64,000 nt of DNA, from IMG/VR virus record IMGVR_UViG_3300012663_000526, positions 43,951-107,950 of that record; one strand, written 5' to 3'. Position numbers and translations under genes: made by a program. This stretch comes from a virus. The notes under the pieces are model-generated. The model ran no database searches. It saw only the letters and a list, made by a program, of their open reading frames with translations, and was not told the DNA's origin. Below, one piece after another: positions 19,464 to 30,214 of the stretch. Numbering within the stretch: the stretch's first letter is position 1; every line of letters starts with the position of its first letter.

Positions 19464-20141
19464 ATGGCAAATGTAAATAATATTATCGTTGGTGCCGCTA
19501 ACGTTTGGGTTTCAAAGAAAGATTCAACAGAGGTAGCAGCTTGGCCAACATATGCACTACCAACATTTACAGCTAACACAACAGCAGCGACAGCAATGGA
19601 CGCAGCAACAGGTGCTACAGGCTGGAGAAACGTTGGTTTTACATCAGAAGGAATTGAAGTACAGTACTCACCAGATTACGGTGACATTCAGGTAGATCAG
19701 CTACTTGATACAGCTAAACTTTTCAAGCAAGCAATGACAGTTTCAGTAAACACAACACTTGCAGAAGCAACTCTTGAGAATCTTCTATTCTCATTCGCAC
19801 AAGCAGGATCAACAAAAGATGCTACAACAGGTGCAGGAGCAGATACAGCTTACGCAAAAGGAACTGGAGGAGAGTCACTAGGACTTGAGGCAGGAGCACT
19901 TGGAGCAGAACCAGTAGAAAGAGCACTTGTGTTCATTGGTAACGCACCACGTTCAACAGCAGGTGTTAAGAGAGAGCGTCTATACCATGCACGTCGTGTA
20001 TTGAACGTAGAAGCTTCTTCACACTCATACCGTCGTAATGAAGCAACAGTATTCCCAGTATCATTTAGATTGTTACCAGACCCAGCATTTTCAGGCGCTG
20101 AGTACGGAATGATCGTTGATCGTCAAATTGCAGCTTCGTAA
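19464..20141 (+). CDS. Major tail (tube) protein
   Basis: SD GGAGG before ATG 19464. NIIVGAANV, WRNVGFTSEGIEVQYSP..I.VDQ, TTLAEATLENL, VFPVSFRLL. Confidence 0.85.
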   Translation: MANVNNIIVGAANVWVSKKDSTEVAAWPTYALPTFTANTTAATAMDAATGATGWRNVGFTSEGIEVQYSPDYGDIQVDQLLDTAKLFKQAMTVSVNTTLAEATLENLLFSFAQAGSTKDATTGAGADTAYAKGTGGESLGLEAGALGAEPVERALVFIGNAPRSTAGVKRERLYHARRVLNVEASSHSYRRNEATVFPVSFRLLPDPAFSGAEYGMIVDRQIAAS

Positions 20142-20166
20142 TAACTAAATTTATTTAGTCTCAATT

Positions 20167-20197
20167 AAATGGCCCCTATTCGTAGGGGCCATTTCTT
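20167..20197 (+). terminator. Intrinsic terminator after the major tail gene
   Basis: AAATGGCCCCTA-TTCG-TAGGGGCCATTT perfect 12-bp stem, then CTT. Confidence 0.8.
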
Positions 20198-20224
20198 GTC
20201 TTAATACCTAGTGTCTGGTAAAAT
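20196..20224 (+). promoter_or_regulatory. SigmaA-type promoter for the chaperone/tape-measure genes
   Basis: TTGTCT-17-TAAAAT with an extended TG. Confidence 0.55.
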
Positions 20225-20257
20225 TGTACAGAGACTAACAGAAATAGGAGGAGTACT

Positions 20258-20590
20258 TTGGCTACCAAGGTATACGAAACGTACGAAATCGAACTACAAA
20301 ATGGAACGGTGGTTACACTAAGACCATTACCAATTTCACAATTAAGAGAGTTTATGACTCACATGGCAAAGCTTGACGGTTCACTAAGTGAAACCCAAGC
20401 AGTAGATACACTGCTAGCTGCATCAGCAGTCGCATTAAAAACATCAGCTCCAGAATTAGCTGCTAACAAGGGTGAACTAGAGAATGCTCTAGACATGCCA
20501 ACAATTATGAAAATTGTTGAAGTGTGTGGAGGTATCAAGATGGACGACCCAAACCTCTTGGCGGCAGCTCTACTAGCTGGTCAGAACTAG
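20258..20590 (+). CDS. Tail assembly chaperone (G-like)
   Basis: TTG start after AGGAGG; lies between the major tail and tape measure genes. Confidence 0.8.
   Translation: MATKVYETYEIELQNGTVVTLRPLPISQLREFMTHMAKLDGSLSETQAVDTLLAASAVALKTSAPELAANKGELENALDMPTIMKIVEVCGGIKMDDPNLLAAALLAGQN
20548..20554 (+). other. Programmed -1 frameshift slippery site C CCA AAC
   Basis: XXXYYYZ heptamer in the correct phase (GAC CCA AAC = D-P-N); the -1 frame stays open to 20910. Confidence 0.8.
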
Positions 20591-20910
20591 ATTTAGTTGC
20601 CGTAGAATCAGAGGCCTTTTTATTAGGTCTCTGGAAGAATTTTCAAGACCTGGAGGAGTCAATATCAATGCCTGAACTGCTAGCAATTCTTGAAGCATCA
20701 AGAAAAAATAAAAATGAAGAACGCAAGTTCTCTGCTGCTTTGCAGGGTGTTAAGATTGACGATCCTGAAACAACAAAGTCGTTTGATGATATCAAGCGAC
20801 GTGCAATGGGCTACGATACAGAAACAAATGACGTAGCATCATTAAGAGGCTCACTCGCAGAACAGGAAGGTTTCGGAGTAGGTCAAGGCCTAGGTTATAG
20901 GGAAGAATAA
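20548..20910 (+). CDS. Tail assembly chaperone frameshift extension (GT-like; full product 20258..20910)
   Basis: The -1 frame ORF has no good start of its own and ends 3 nt before the tape measure ATG. Confidence 0.75.
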   Translation, partial: PKPLGGSSTSWSELDLVAVESEAFLLGLWKNFQDLEESISMPELLAILEASRKNKNEERKFSAALQGVKIDDPETTKSFDDIKRRAMGYDTETNDVASLRGSLAEQEGFGVGQGLGYREE

Positions 20911-20913
20911 CAA

Positions 20914-23900
20914 ATGGCTGATATTTTAAATGTAAAGTTCACCGCCAATGCTGATTTTGGACAGTTAATATCTGAAGCCAATAGAGCAATGGCGGTGCTT
21001 TCTAAGTTTAGAAATCAGGCGCTTACCGAAAATATAGGTTTAAACAAAAAAGATTTTGATGGTGCGGTAGGTGAATTTAGAAAAGCAGTAACCGCAGCAG
21101 GATATTATAACTCATCAATAGTTGACGTCACATCATCAACACAAAAGTTTGGTAAAGAGTTAGCTGGCCAAAGATTAAAGCTAAAAGATTACTATAGTGC
21201 TTGGTCTGAATATAGCAGAGGCGCACAAGGACAAATAAGAAAGCTTGCTCAAGAGCAAGTTAGAATGAACTCTTCTATTGTTAAATCACTAGGAAGAGAT
21301 GTATCTGGTGCTCAAAAAGCAATGGTTATTACTCCTACTGGTATTGATGCAGTAGCAAATGCTTCTAAGATTGCAGCAGCAGAATTATCAATCTATCACA
21401 AAGTTCTTAGAGATGGATCAACATCTTTAATCAATTGGGGTAAGAATACTCAGTGGGCTGGTAGACAGCTTACAGTTGGACTTACACTCCCACTAGCCAT
21501 ATTTGGAAAAACTGCATCTGAAGCTTTTAGAGCAGCAGACATGGAGCTCACAAGACTAGCAAAGGTTTACGGCGGAATTGGTGGAGTATCTTCACAGCAG
21601 CTAACTCAAGTAAAGAAAGATGTAACAGAACTTTCAAAGACATTAGCTTCAACATACGGAGCTTCATTTCAAGAAACTATTGCATTGGGTGCAGATATTG
21701 CGGCAACTGGTAAAGAAGGAAATGACTTACTAGGATCAATTGCAGAAACAACAAGACTAGCTACGCTTGGTGATGTTGATAGACAAGAAGCCATGAAAGC
21801 AACTCTAGCTCTTCAAAGCGCATTCAATATGAATACTAAAGAGCTTGCAGAATCAATTAACTTTCTTAACGCAGTTGAAAACCAGACATCAACAACTCTT
21901 GAAGATTTAGTTATTGCTATTCCAAAAGCTGGTCCCGTAATCAAGGGATTGGGCGGAGATGTAGAAGACTTAGCTCTATTACTAACAGCAATGAAAGAAG
22001 GCGGAATTAATGCATCAGAAGGTGCAAACGCACTAAAGTCTGGACTTGCTTCTATGATTAACCCAACGAAAGTTTCTAGAGATTTATTGATGGGCTGGGG
22101 AGTATCTGTGGATGACATAGTTACTGGAAACACTGGTAACGTTGTGGGAATGATACAGTCATTGAAAGAAGCATTAGACCAATTAGATCCGCTACAGAAA
22201 CAACAAGCAATTGAACAACTCTTTGGTAAGTATCAGTTTGCAAGAATTAATGCACTTCTTGAAAACATAGGAAAAGAAGGAAGCCAGACTATGCAGGTCT
22301 TTGACCTCATGAAGGCTTCAACATCAGAGCTTGGATCAATTGCTGATCGAGAATTAAAAGCTTTGACAGACTCAGCATCAGGAAGATACAAGAGAGCGCT
22401 TGAAACATTTAAAGCTGCCATAGCAGATATTGGAGAGCCATTCCTAAATATTATGGCAAAAGTTTTAGATGTTGGAGGCAAAGTTCTTGGCGTTTTTGGA
22501 AAGATGCCTGCACCACTAAAAGCATTTGTAACTGGAATGGGTGTCCTTACAGCATTGGCTGGACCACTTATTATGCTTACTGGTCTTATGGCCAACTTCT
22601 TTGGTTACATAATAAAAGGTGTAAATGCATTAAGACAGTTTAGAAGTGGAGCAGATTCCTTCAAGCTTGTTACGACAGAAACTATTGCGGCAGATCAAGT
22701 TGCAGATGCATACACACAAAGTATTTATTCACAAAAAGATGCAGCAACAATTCTTAGAGTGGAGCTAGAAAGACTTGCAATGGCTTACAGAGACCTTGCT
22801 TCAAGTCAACAAGGTGGTGCTCCAGGCCCAAATTCTGGAACTGTAATTCCACCAACAATCGTAGGTCCAGGCGGAGGGCCTCAAGTTAATGTTCCATCGG
22901 AACAACAAAGTCTTGAATCAACAATAAGTTCTATTTCAGCAGATCCAGCAAAAGCAAGAGCAAAAGAAATGTTTGGAAAAAGAGTTGAGGCTCTTAAAGC
23001 AGAAGGACTTGATCAGAAAAAAGCATTTACTGTAGCTATGGCAGAGGTGCAAGACTCTCTTATGGTAAGTGGAGCTGGCGGAAATGCAACAGGATTTGCA
23101 ACTGCAGTTCAAGGCGGATTTGCAGGATATCAGGATGGAGTAGTTGGTGGTTACGGAGGAGACAAGATTGATTTAACTTCTCCAGATGCAATGGACTCTC
23201 CAAATATTGCACATACAGATCCAGCTGGTAAAGTAAAGGGTAAGCAAACTCTTGCCCCAACAGTTCAATCAAAGGGCGCAAACGAAGCTTCTAAAAAATT
23301 AGCGGCAAGCCCATTTGAATTTAAGGGAAGAACTTACGATGCTGGTCAGCTAAGCATATATAGTGATGAAGAACTCATGACAATGGGTTCTCAAGGAGTT
23401 TATATGGGATCAGCTGTTAAGGGTGCCCATGAAGCTTACCCACAATTTGCAGTAGGAGATACTGCAATAAGCGGAAAGAAAACTAAAATTGGTGATGCAG
23501 CTGCATCATTTAAGAGAAGATTCGTTGGAAGAAAAGATCAGCTAGCAAGTCAAGCTCCAGTTTCAACAGTTATGCCAGTTTCTCCAGCTGTACAAAATAC
23601 CAGAAAAGCCATAGATGTATATAACGATCCAAATACAGATATGGCAACACGAAAGTCAATTGATAGAAATAGAAAAAAGACAGGCCAAGCAGCTCTAGGT
23701 GGAGTTCCAGATACACGAAAAGTAGAAAAGGGAATGGTAAATTCTGCTAAGGCAGCAAAACTATTTAATACTAACTTGATGATGTCAGTCGGAACGCTTG
23801 GAATGGCAGCATCAATGTTAAATCAAGTAACTGGATTACAAAGTGGACTTGTTGCAAAGGCAGGAGAATTTGCAATGGCATTAGGCTATGGTCTTCCAGC

Positions 23901-26361
23901 AATTAAGGCTTTGGGCGGAGGTTTAAAAACTGTAGGTGGATCTTTAGCTAAAAGCGGAGGCCTAGTTGGAGGCTTAGGCAGAGGCCTTGCAATGATTGGC
24001 GGACCATATGGAATGGCAGCAGTTGCTGGAATTGCAGCCGTAACAATGGCTATTAGATTTATGCAAAAGCAGCACAAAGAAGCACTTGCAAAAGCAAAAG
24101 CAGACATTGATGTATCTGCAGATGCAGTAGAAAAATTTGGCGGACAAGCATTAAATGCTCAGTCAGCTTTCAAGGCTCTTTCTGAAAATGCTGGTGCACT
24201 TAGATCTAAAATGGCTAGAAGCAAGGAAGATCTTTCGTTGCTTCCAAATCAAAAAGAGATTGATGCGGTTAAGGAAGATGTTAAGAACCTTATGCAGGAT
24301 CAGATTAAGGCTGCTGGTGGACTTAAAGATCGTGGAGCGGCTGAAGAATTTGCAAGAAACCTTAAGGCAACATTAGTATCACAAGGTGTTGCAGAAGCGC
24401 AAGCCAACGCAATTATTGGATCAATATTACAACAGGCTGGAAAAGAAGAGTTTACAGTTCCAGTAATGCTAGCGGTCAAGGGTATAAGCACAAAGGAATC
24501 TGCACTAGACGCATTAAGCACTGCAGCAGAAAAAACATTTAATGATATTCAAGAAAAGCTAAATGCTGGACTATATATAACTGAGGCTACTCAAGGAAGA
24601 TTTGCAACTCAGATAAGCAACCTTGCAGGACTTGCAGTAAATCAAGTAGGTAAGTTTGAGGATATAAATGATATAGTAAGCGCATTGCCAGATGGAATGG
24701 AAAACTTAAACTTCCAGCAACTTCAGGCTACATACAGCGGACAACAGTTATTAGCAAAACTTAAAGAAACAAATGCTCCATTGTATGAAGCATTCATGAC
24801 AGCAGGAACACTTGGCGACGCAATTACTCAAGCTGCTGCTAATACACTAGGCTTAGTCAGTGCACTTTCTGGAGTAGAAGCCTCATTTGATGTAGCTGCT
24901 CAGCAAGCCCAGAACCTTGCAATAGCAGATGCTTATGGACAGTCAGGAATTCAAAAATCATATGACAGAAAGATAGCAGCTGAAAACAAAGCAATTGCTG
25001 CTGTTCGTAGAAGAGCTCAGGCAGAAAAAGATGCTGCGGACAATGAAAAAGAAGCTATTGATGAAAAAATAGATAAGCTTAAAGAAGAAATAGATGTAAT
25101 TCAAGACGCTACAGATAAGCGCAAAGATCAATTGCGTGTTCAAGAAGAAGCTGCTAATTTTGAAAAGGAAATAGCTACATCCAGAGCTGAACAAAATGTA
25201 GCAATGATGACTGGTAATTTTGCAGAAGCTGCTATTATTGGTTTACAGATAGACAAGAAAATGAATGCAAGATCCGTCGACCTTGCAGAAAAAGCAATTG
25301 ATGATAAAGCTAAAGCAGAAATTGCAGCACGTGAAGAAGAAATTAAGCGTCATGAAGATAGAAAGAAAGAAATTAAAGAGCTTACAGATGCACAAATGCA
25401 AGCAATTGATGCTCGCACAGCAAAAGAAGTTGCTAAGCATCAAGAAGCAATCAAAGCAATACAGGCAGCAGCAGCAAAAACAGCAACAGACTTTAGAAAG
25501 CTTTATTTAGAAGCAGCTCAAGGCAATGAAAAATCATACAATGACCTAAAGACTCTTCTTGGAAAAACTGGAGGAGACCTAGGTGTTCTTCAAGGATCAT
25601 TCACTAAGTTTGCTGAAAAGGCTACTGCTGATTTTAAAAAGTTCTTTACAAATACCATAAAGTCATTGTTAGGAAGCAAGTATCAGTTAGATGATGCTAC
25701 TGGAAAAATTTATGAAAATGGTCCAGATGGAAAACGTGGAAAGCAAGTCGGAGACATGGGCTCAGGCTTCTTGCAGATGTTTGGGTTTACTGGAGGCGCA
25801 TCTGGTGGAGTTGGATATTTCCCAGCACCTGCAGATATGGTTAAGAGAGGCGGCCTAATTGAAGGAATGGCATCTTATGTAGCAACCATGAAGTTTAGAG
25901 ACAAAGATGGTAAAGAATACTCTAAGAATGCAATTGATGGAATGTGGGATGGAGCAAGCATGGATGAAGAGACAGCTGCTCTATATGCTAAAGAAACTGG
26001 AAAGGGATCTGCATTTCTTGGGTATGCACAAAGATATATGGGCGGACCAGTAAAGAAAAATTATATGATCAAGGGCCAAAGATTTGATGGAGGTCCTACT
26101 CAAAGATCAGCATTCCCATATTTAGTTGGTGAAAAGGGTCCAGAGCTAATGATTCCAAATATGAATGGAAATGTGGTACCATCAGATAGGTTATTTAATG
26201 CGGTAAGACAAATGAATCTATCAGGCTCTCAAGGCGGAAACGAGTACAATATTAACGTTAGCGTCATGAATTCAGGAGCTACAGCAGATCAAATTGCTAA
26301 TGCAATTCAGTCTAAGATGAAGCTTATGGATCAAAGAGTAGGAATATCGAGGAATGTATAA
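20914..26361 (+). CDS. Tape measure protein (TP901-like core)
   Basis: 1815 aa, Ala/Gly-rich and helical. TP901-type core (ESINFLNAVENQTSTTLEDL, EGANALKSGL), TM-like segments, and a C-terminal YLVGEKGPELMIP motif. Confidence 0.93.
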   Translation: MADILNVKFTANADFGQLISEANRAMAVLSKFRNQALTENIGLNKKDFDGAVGEFRKAVTAAGYYNSSIVDVTSSTQKFGKELAGQRLKLKDYYSAWSEYSRGAQGQIRKLAQEQVRMNSSIVKSLGRDVSGAQKAMVITPTGIDAVANASKIAAAELSIYHKVLRDGSTSLINWGKNTQWAGRQLTVGLTLPLAIFGKTASEAFRAADMELTRLAKVYGGIGGVSSQQLTQVKKDVTELSKTLASTYGASFQETIALGADIAATGKEGNDLLGSIAETTRLATLGDVDRQEAMKATLALQSAFNMNTKELAESINFLNAVENQTSTTLEDLVIAIPKAGPVIKGLGGDVEDLALLLTAMKEGGINASEGANALKSGLASMINPTKVSRDLLMGWGVSVDDIVTGNTGNVVGMIQSLKEALDQLDPLQKQQAIEQLFGKYQFARINALLENIGKEGSQTMQVFDLMKASTSELGSIADRELKALTDSASGRYKRALETFKAAIADIGEPFLNIMAKVLDVGGKVLGVFGKMPAPLKAFVTGMGVLTALAGPLIMLTGLMANFFGYIIKGVNALRQFRSGADSFKLVTTETIAADQVADAYTQSIYSQKDAATILRVELERLAMAYRDLASSQQGGAPGPNSGTVIPPTIVGPGGGPQVNVPSEQQSLESTISSISADPAKARAKEMFGKRVEALKAEGLDQKKAFTVAMAEVQDSLMVSGAGGNATGFATAVQGGFAGYQDGVVGGYGGDKIDLTSPDAMDSPNIAHTDPAGKVKGKQTLAPTVQSKGANEASKKLAASPFEFKGRTYDAGQLSIYSDEELMTMGSQGVYMGSAVKGAHEAYPQFAVGDTAISGKKTKIGDAAASFKRRFVGRKDQLASQAPVSTVMPVSPAVQNTRKAIDVYNDPNTDMATRKSIDRNRKKTGQAALGGVPDTRKVEKGMVNSAKAAKLFNTNLMMSVGTLGMAASMLNQVTGLQSGLVAKAGEFAMALGYGLPAIKALGGGLKTVGGSLAKSGGLVGGLGRGLAMIGGPYGMAAVAGIAAVTMAIRFMQKQHKEALAKAKADIDVSADAVEKFGGQALNAQSAFKALSENAGALRSKMARSKEDLSLLPNQKEIDAVKEDVKNLMQDQIKAAGGLKDRGAAEEFARNLKATLVSQGVAEAQANAIIGSILQQAGKEEFTVPVMLAVKGISTKESALDALSTAAEKTFNDIQEKLNAGLYITEATQGRFATQISNLAGLAVNQVGKFEDINDIVSALPDGMENLNFQQLQATYSGQQLLAKLKETNAPLYEAFMTAGTLGDAITQAAANTLGLVSALSGVEASFDVAAQQAQNLAIADAYGQSGIQKSYDRKIAAENKAIAAVRRRAQAEKDAADNEKEAIDEKIDKLKEEIDVIQDATDKRKDQLRVQEEAANFEKEIATSRAEQNVAMMTGNFAEAAIIGLQIDKKMNARSVDLAEKAIDDKAKAEIAAREEEIKRHEDRKKEIKELTDAQMQAIDARTAKEVAKHQEAIKAIQAAAAKTATDFRKLYLEAAQGNEKSYNDLKTLLGKTGGDLGVLQGSFTKFAEKATADFKKFFTNTIKSLLGSKYQLDDATGKIYENGPDGKRGKQVGDMGSGFLQMFGFTGGASGGVGYFPAPADMVKRGGLIEGMASYVATMKFRDKDGKEYSKNAIDGMWDGASMDEETAALYAKETGKGSAFLGYAQRYMGGPVKKNYMIKGQRFDGGPTQRSAFPYLVGEKGPELMIPNMNGNVVPSDRLFNAVRQMNLSGSQGGNEYNINVSVMNSGATADQIANAIQSKMKLMDQRVGISRNV

Positions 26362-26363
26362 CA

Positions 26364-26795
26364 ATGCCATTTAAAATATCGCTCCCTAAAAGTTCCCTTG
26401 TAGAGATAGAGTCTACCACCGACACTTGGAATAAACTTACTGAGCACAACCGTGGCCCACTTGAGATGTCAACAGAAAGAATTGAAGAGACCAAGCGTAT
26501 GGCAAACGGAACTTTGAGAAAGTATTATATTGCTGATAAGAAGTCATTCTCGATGTCTTGGGATTTTGTTCCAGGAGCTCAAACACATTTAGTAGATACA
26601 GCATGGTCAGTCAACGACCTACAAACATTCTACAATTCAGCAACTGGAAAAGCATCATTTAGAATTAGAATCAAAAAAGCGGATGGCACATATGAGGGTC
26701 CATATACTGTCATATTTTCAGGTTTTTCACCCACTATTGTAAAACGTGGAGTAGATACTTTCTATAATCTGTCAATAGAAATGCAGGAGGTTTAG
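26364..26795 (+). CDS. Distal tail (Dit-like) protein
   Basis: Directly after the tape measure; RMANGTLRKY..ADKKSFSMSW...LSIEMQEV. Confidence 0.65.
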   Translation: MPFKISLPKSSLVEIESTTDTWNKLTEHNRGPLEMSTERIEETKRMANGTLRKYYIADKKSFSMSWDFVPGAQTHLVDTAWSVNDLQTFYNSATGKASFRIRIKKADGTYEGPYTVIFSGFSPTIVKRGVDTFYNLSIEMQEV

Positions 26796-29768
26796 TTGAT
26801 AAGCATCCCAGCATTAACACAGATCCTATCTGAGAATACATCAGTAAAGGCATTGCCTAAAGTCATATTTGAATACAATATGAATGAGATGGCTGGTACA
26901 GTTGAAGTTACAACTTCTTCTACTCAATCAGATATTATAAAAGAACTTTTCCCAGCTAAGTCTATAGTTCAATCATTTAGACCATCAAAGGCTGGCGTTA
27001 GATACGCAATCCTAGGCACAGGCCTTACTCTTGGCACATATAAGACTAAAGTAATACCTACAACAAGAACGTATATGGTGGATAAGAATATCCCATATAC
27101 CTATTTCTTAGCTCAAGGTAGCGCTGTTGCAGTTGTATCATATAAGAATAAAGCTGGAACAGCAGCTCAAAATATATTGACCAATAAGATATCTGTTAGA
27201 GTAGAGACTGGTCATGGCTCAAATGCAATAGCAATTGGATCACTATACACTGGAGCAATTCCTTCAAGTGGAGTAGTAGACATCTGGTATAACGGAACAG
27301 CCTGGACTACAACAGAACCATCAACATATGCAGCACCACAATCAATATCAACTTTGACAGTGACTGTATCTGGTGGAACATTTAATTCAATTATAGAGGT
27401 TTCTCCAAAGTACGTGCTTGATGTAACCAATAGAGTTATCTCAGTATCTGTTGACAAAGATGACTCAATGAATGATGACAAGCTGCCAGTAGGAATGCTT
27501 ACGGCAAATGCAGCATCAATAAATCTATCAACTATAGTTCAAGATGATATGGTTCAATTCCTTCGTGGTGATGCAATTGTCTCAAACAAAGTAATGATAA
27601 CAAATAATATAAAATGTACAATTAGATTTATTATTGAAGATACGCACTCTGTTCAGCAGGGGGTATTCTATATTAATGACTACAGCTCTGATGACTACGG
27701 AAACTATTCAATTAAAGCATTAGACGTAGCTAAGTTTTTACAGGAGATACCTTGCCCAGAGATAATGCTACAAGATTCATCATTTCAGGCAATCATGTGG
27801 AGAATGCTTGACTCAGTAGGATTTGTAGACTATGATTTTTCAAAATGTACATCCGATGTACTAACCTGTAGATATTGGTGGGGAGATTCAAACAAGTCTG
27901 TATGGCAAGCAATACAAGAAATTTGTAGAGAAAGCCAAACGGTAGCATACGTAAATGAATCTGGAACCTTAGTCTTTGTAGATAGAAATACATTCTATAG
28001 CTCAATACCAAACTACACATGGACATTTAGATCAACCCCACTTGCAAACATGAAGCCAGACATTATTAGTCTGTCATCTTCATCCAGACCAACAACCAAT
28101 GCGGTTAGAATTAAATATAATGTTCCTACAACAAGTTCTCAAGAAGCATCTTCTCAGCCACTGTGGACTGAGCAATCCCCATCCACACTATTTGCTGCTC
28201 CGTATAAAGGAATATCTTCAGGATACATTCTGTATCCAGAAAGAGGTGTATTCTCAGATGTCATTCCGACAAGGTTTAATTCGTTTGTTTTGATCGGCGG
28301 AGAGATAATAGAGTATGACGCCATAAGATTCCAATCACCAGATGGAGAAGTAGACATTTCTTCTGCAGGTCAGTATCTTGAATTAAGAGCCAAGCATAAT
28401 AATAATTTAAAGCCAGTGGGCAAGCTAAAGATAAAGGCAAGAAATGTATTTGGAACTCCAAATACTACTGCAAACCCAGTACAATCCCCAACAGCAATTT
28501 TAGATGGATACTCAGCAAAACAGATTAAGCTAGGAACTACAACCAATAATACCGTTGCACTAGCCAAGGTTTGCTCAATGAATCAATCTGGGAACAACAT
28601 GTCAGCACTATCAATAAGTGCATCAGGATCAAAAGATGATCTTTATGTAGTTAGTAAGACATTCCCAAATATAGTAGACTCAGAGTTTTTTCAGGTAGGA
28701 ACTGCAATAGGATTTGAATTGGCATCTGCTACCCAAATAGGTATACAGCAAACTTCTGGAATGACATTTTTCTGGAACTCAACCACTAACAGCGGATACT
28801 TACTTCTTCTTTATTCAACTAGAGCAGCACAAGATGTAAAGCAAAAATCTGAATCGGCGCTATACAAGGTTACAAATGGTTCAGCTGTTCTTCTATCAAG
28901 TGTAACATCTAATATATTTGAGCAGTCTTTTTATGGGCTTGATATTTTAGTCCACAAAGAGTCTGGAAAAAATACAATATTTATTAGTATAAACGGAAGC
29001 ACTCTTGAGTATGAAGATACATCTAATCCTGTAGCAGCAACATCAACCATAGGTCTTGTGGCTGGAGGACAATCAACGGCATACTTTGATTATCTATATT
29101 CATTAAAAAGAGACGCATTTGTTTTAGACATATCTGCATCAAGAACTAATGGAAAATTATTAGCAAACTCATTCTTTCAAAAATTTACATACGACTCAGC
29201 CACATCAAGCACTTTAAAGTATGATGAATTTGGTGATGTAATTAGAGAACTTTATAAGGCAGAGGCTCAATACGACTCTGCATATGCAATTGCTGCTCAA
29301 GCCTCAGATGGACTAGCTCAAGTTGTTGGCCAAAGGCTTGGATACTACAAAGGCGAGTTCTACGTATTTAACACATCCTCATCCACCCTTGCTCTGGCAG
29401 GCGGAGATGGAAAAGACTTATTTGTATATGGAGTATCAGTAGCCAATGCAGGACAAAACTTTTATAACTCAGACGACAAGATAACTGATGTTAAGCAGAT
29501 CACATCCTTTGATTCACAATGGATTCAAAGTAAAGAGGCTGCTAAAAGCCTATCAGACTTCCTAACAAAACAATGGTCAAAGTCGACAATTGATATTGAT
29601 ATGGAGATATTTGGTAATCCAGTGTTGCAGGTTGGAGATATAGTAACAATTAACTATCCAGAGCGAGGATTTGATGGATCTGGCAAATTTGTGATTAGGT
29701 CTATATCCCACTCAATGGATGTTGGAATAAATACTAAGCTTAAACTACGTTCGATTTATTCGGCTTAA
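26796..29768 (+). CDS. Tail tip/baseplate hub protein
   Basis: 990 aa; SVWQAIQEIC..AYVNESGTLVF and C-terminal FGNPVLQVGDIVTI are hub-like motifs. Confidence 0.7.
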   Translation: MISIPALTQILSENTSVKALPKVIFEYNMNEMAGTVEVTTSSTQSDIIKELFPAKSIVQSFRPSKAGVRYAILGTGLTLGTYKTKVIPTTRTYMVDKNIPYTYFLAQGSAVAVVSYKNKAGTAAQNILTNKISVRVETGHGSNAIAIGSLYTGAIPSSGVVDIWYNGTAWTTTEPSTYAAPQSISTLTVTVSGGTFNSIIEVSPKYVLDVTNRVISVSVDKDDSMNDDKLPVGMLTANAASINLSTIVQDDMVQFLRGDAIVSNKVMITNNIKCTIRFIIEDTHSVQQGVFYINDYSSDDYGNYSIKALDVAKFLQEIPCPEIMLQDSSFQAIMWRMLDSVGFVDYDFSKCTSDVLTCRYWWGDSNKSVWQAIQEICRESQTVAYVNESGTLVFVDRNTFYSSIPNYTWTFRSTPLANMKPDIISLSSSSRPTTNAVRIKYNVPTTSSQEASSQPLWTEQSPSTLFAAPYKGISSGYILYPERGVFSDVIPTRFNSFVLIGGEIIEYDAIRFQSPDGEVDISSAGQYLELRAKHNNNLKPVGKLKIKARNVFGTPNTTANPVQSPTAILDGYSAKQIKLGTTTNNTVALAKVCSMNQSGNNMSALSISASGSKDDLYVVSKTFPNIVDSEFFQVGTAIGFELASATQIGIQQTSGMTFFWNSTTNSGYLLLLYSTRAAQDVKQKSESALYKVTNGSAVLLSSVTSNIFEQSFYGLDILVHKESGKNTIFISINGSTLEYEDTSNPVAATSTIGLVAGGQSTAYFDYLYSLKRDAFVLDISASRTNGKLLANSFFQKFTYDSATSSTLKYDEFGDVIRELYKAEAQYDSAYAIAAQASDGLAQVVGQRLGYYKGEFYVFNTSSSTLALAGGDGKDLFVYGVSVANAGQNFYNSDDKITDVKQITSFDSQWIQSKEAAKSLSDFLTKQWSKSTIDIDMEIFGNPVLQVGDIVTINYPERGFDGSGKFVIRSISHSMDVGINTKLKLRSIYSA

Positions 29769-29770
29769 AT

Positions 29771-29779
29771 TGGTATAAT
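29771..29779 (+). promoter_or_regulatory. Extended -10 promoter TGgTATAAT
   Basis: Intergenic, 9 nt before the ATG at 29789. Confidence 0.5.
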
Positions 29780-29788
29780 GGAGATATA

Positions 29789-30214
29789 ATGACAAAAAAC
29801 ACGCCAACAATTCATGAGGTCAAAGACAAGCCAAAGATTGTCGTAGACAAAAACTCCCCTGCCGCCTTCCTTGTCTCATCAAAATTTATTAAGCCAGAGG
29901 ACACATATAAGATATCTGGAAGATCTATGGCTGAGTTCACAGAAGAGAACCCAGAGGGCGAAGAGCCAGGTGAGGGAAATCTTACAGGCGAAGGGGCAAT
30001 TAAAGCACCAGAGTTCACAGATATTTTCTTAAAGTATAATAATTCATTTGAGAATGTAAATTCTTCAAACAAATACGGAAAGCTATACAACGTATCAGGA
30101 ACCAGCAGAGCTTTAGTAGAGCTAGAGTTTAAGATAATGATCCCTCTTGAGCTAGCTGATGTTATTACTGGAATTGAAATATTATCTGACAATGAGGTGG
30201 TTTCTGAGATATGA
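29789..30214 (+). CDS. Hypothetical minor tail protein
   Basis: 141-aa ORF within the tail-tip cluster. Confidence 0.5.
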   Translation: MTKNTPTIHEVKDKPKIVVDKNSPAAFLVSSKFIKPEDTYKISGRSMAEFTEENPEGEEPGEGNLTGEGAIKAPEFTDIFLKYNNSFENVNSSNKYGKLYNVSGTSRALVELEFKIMIPLELADVITGIEILSDNEVVSEI

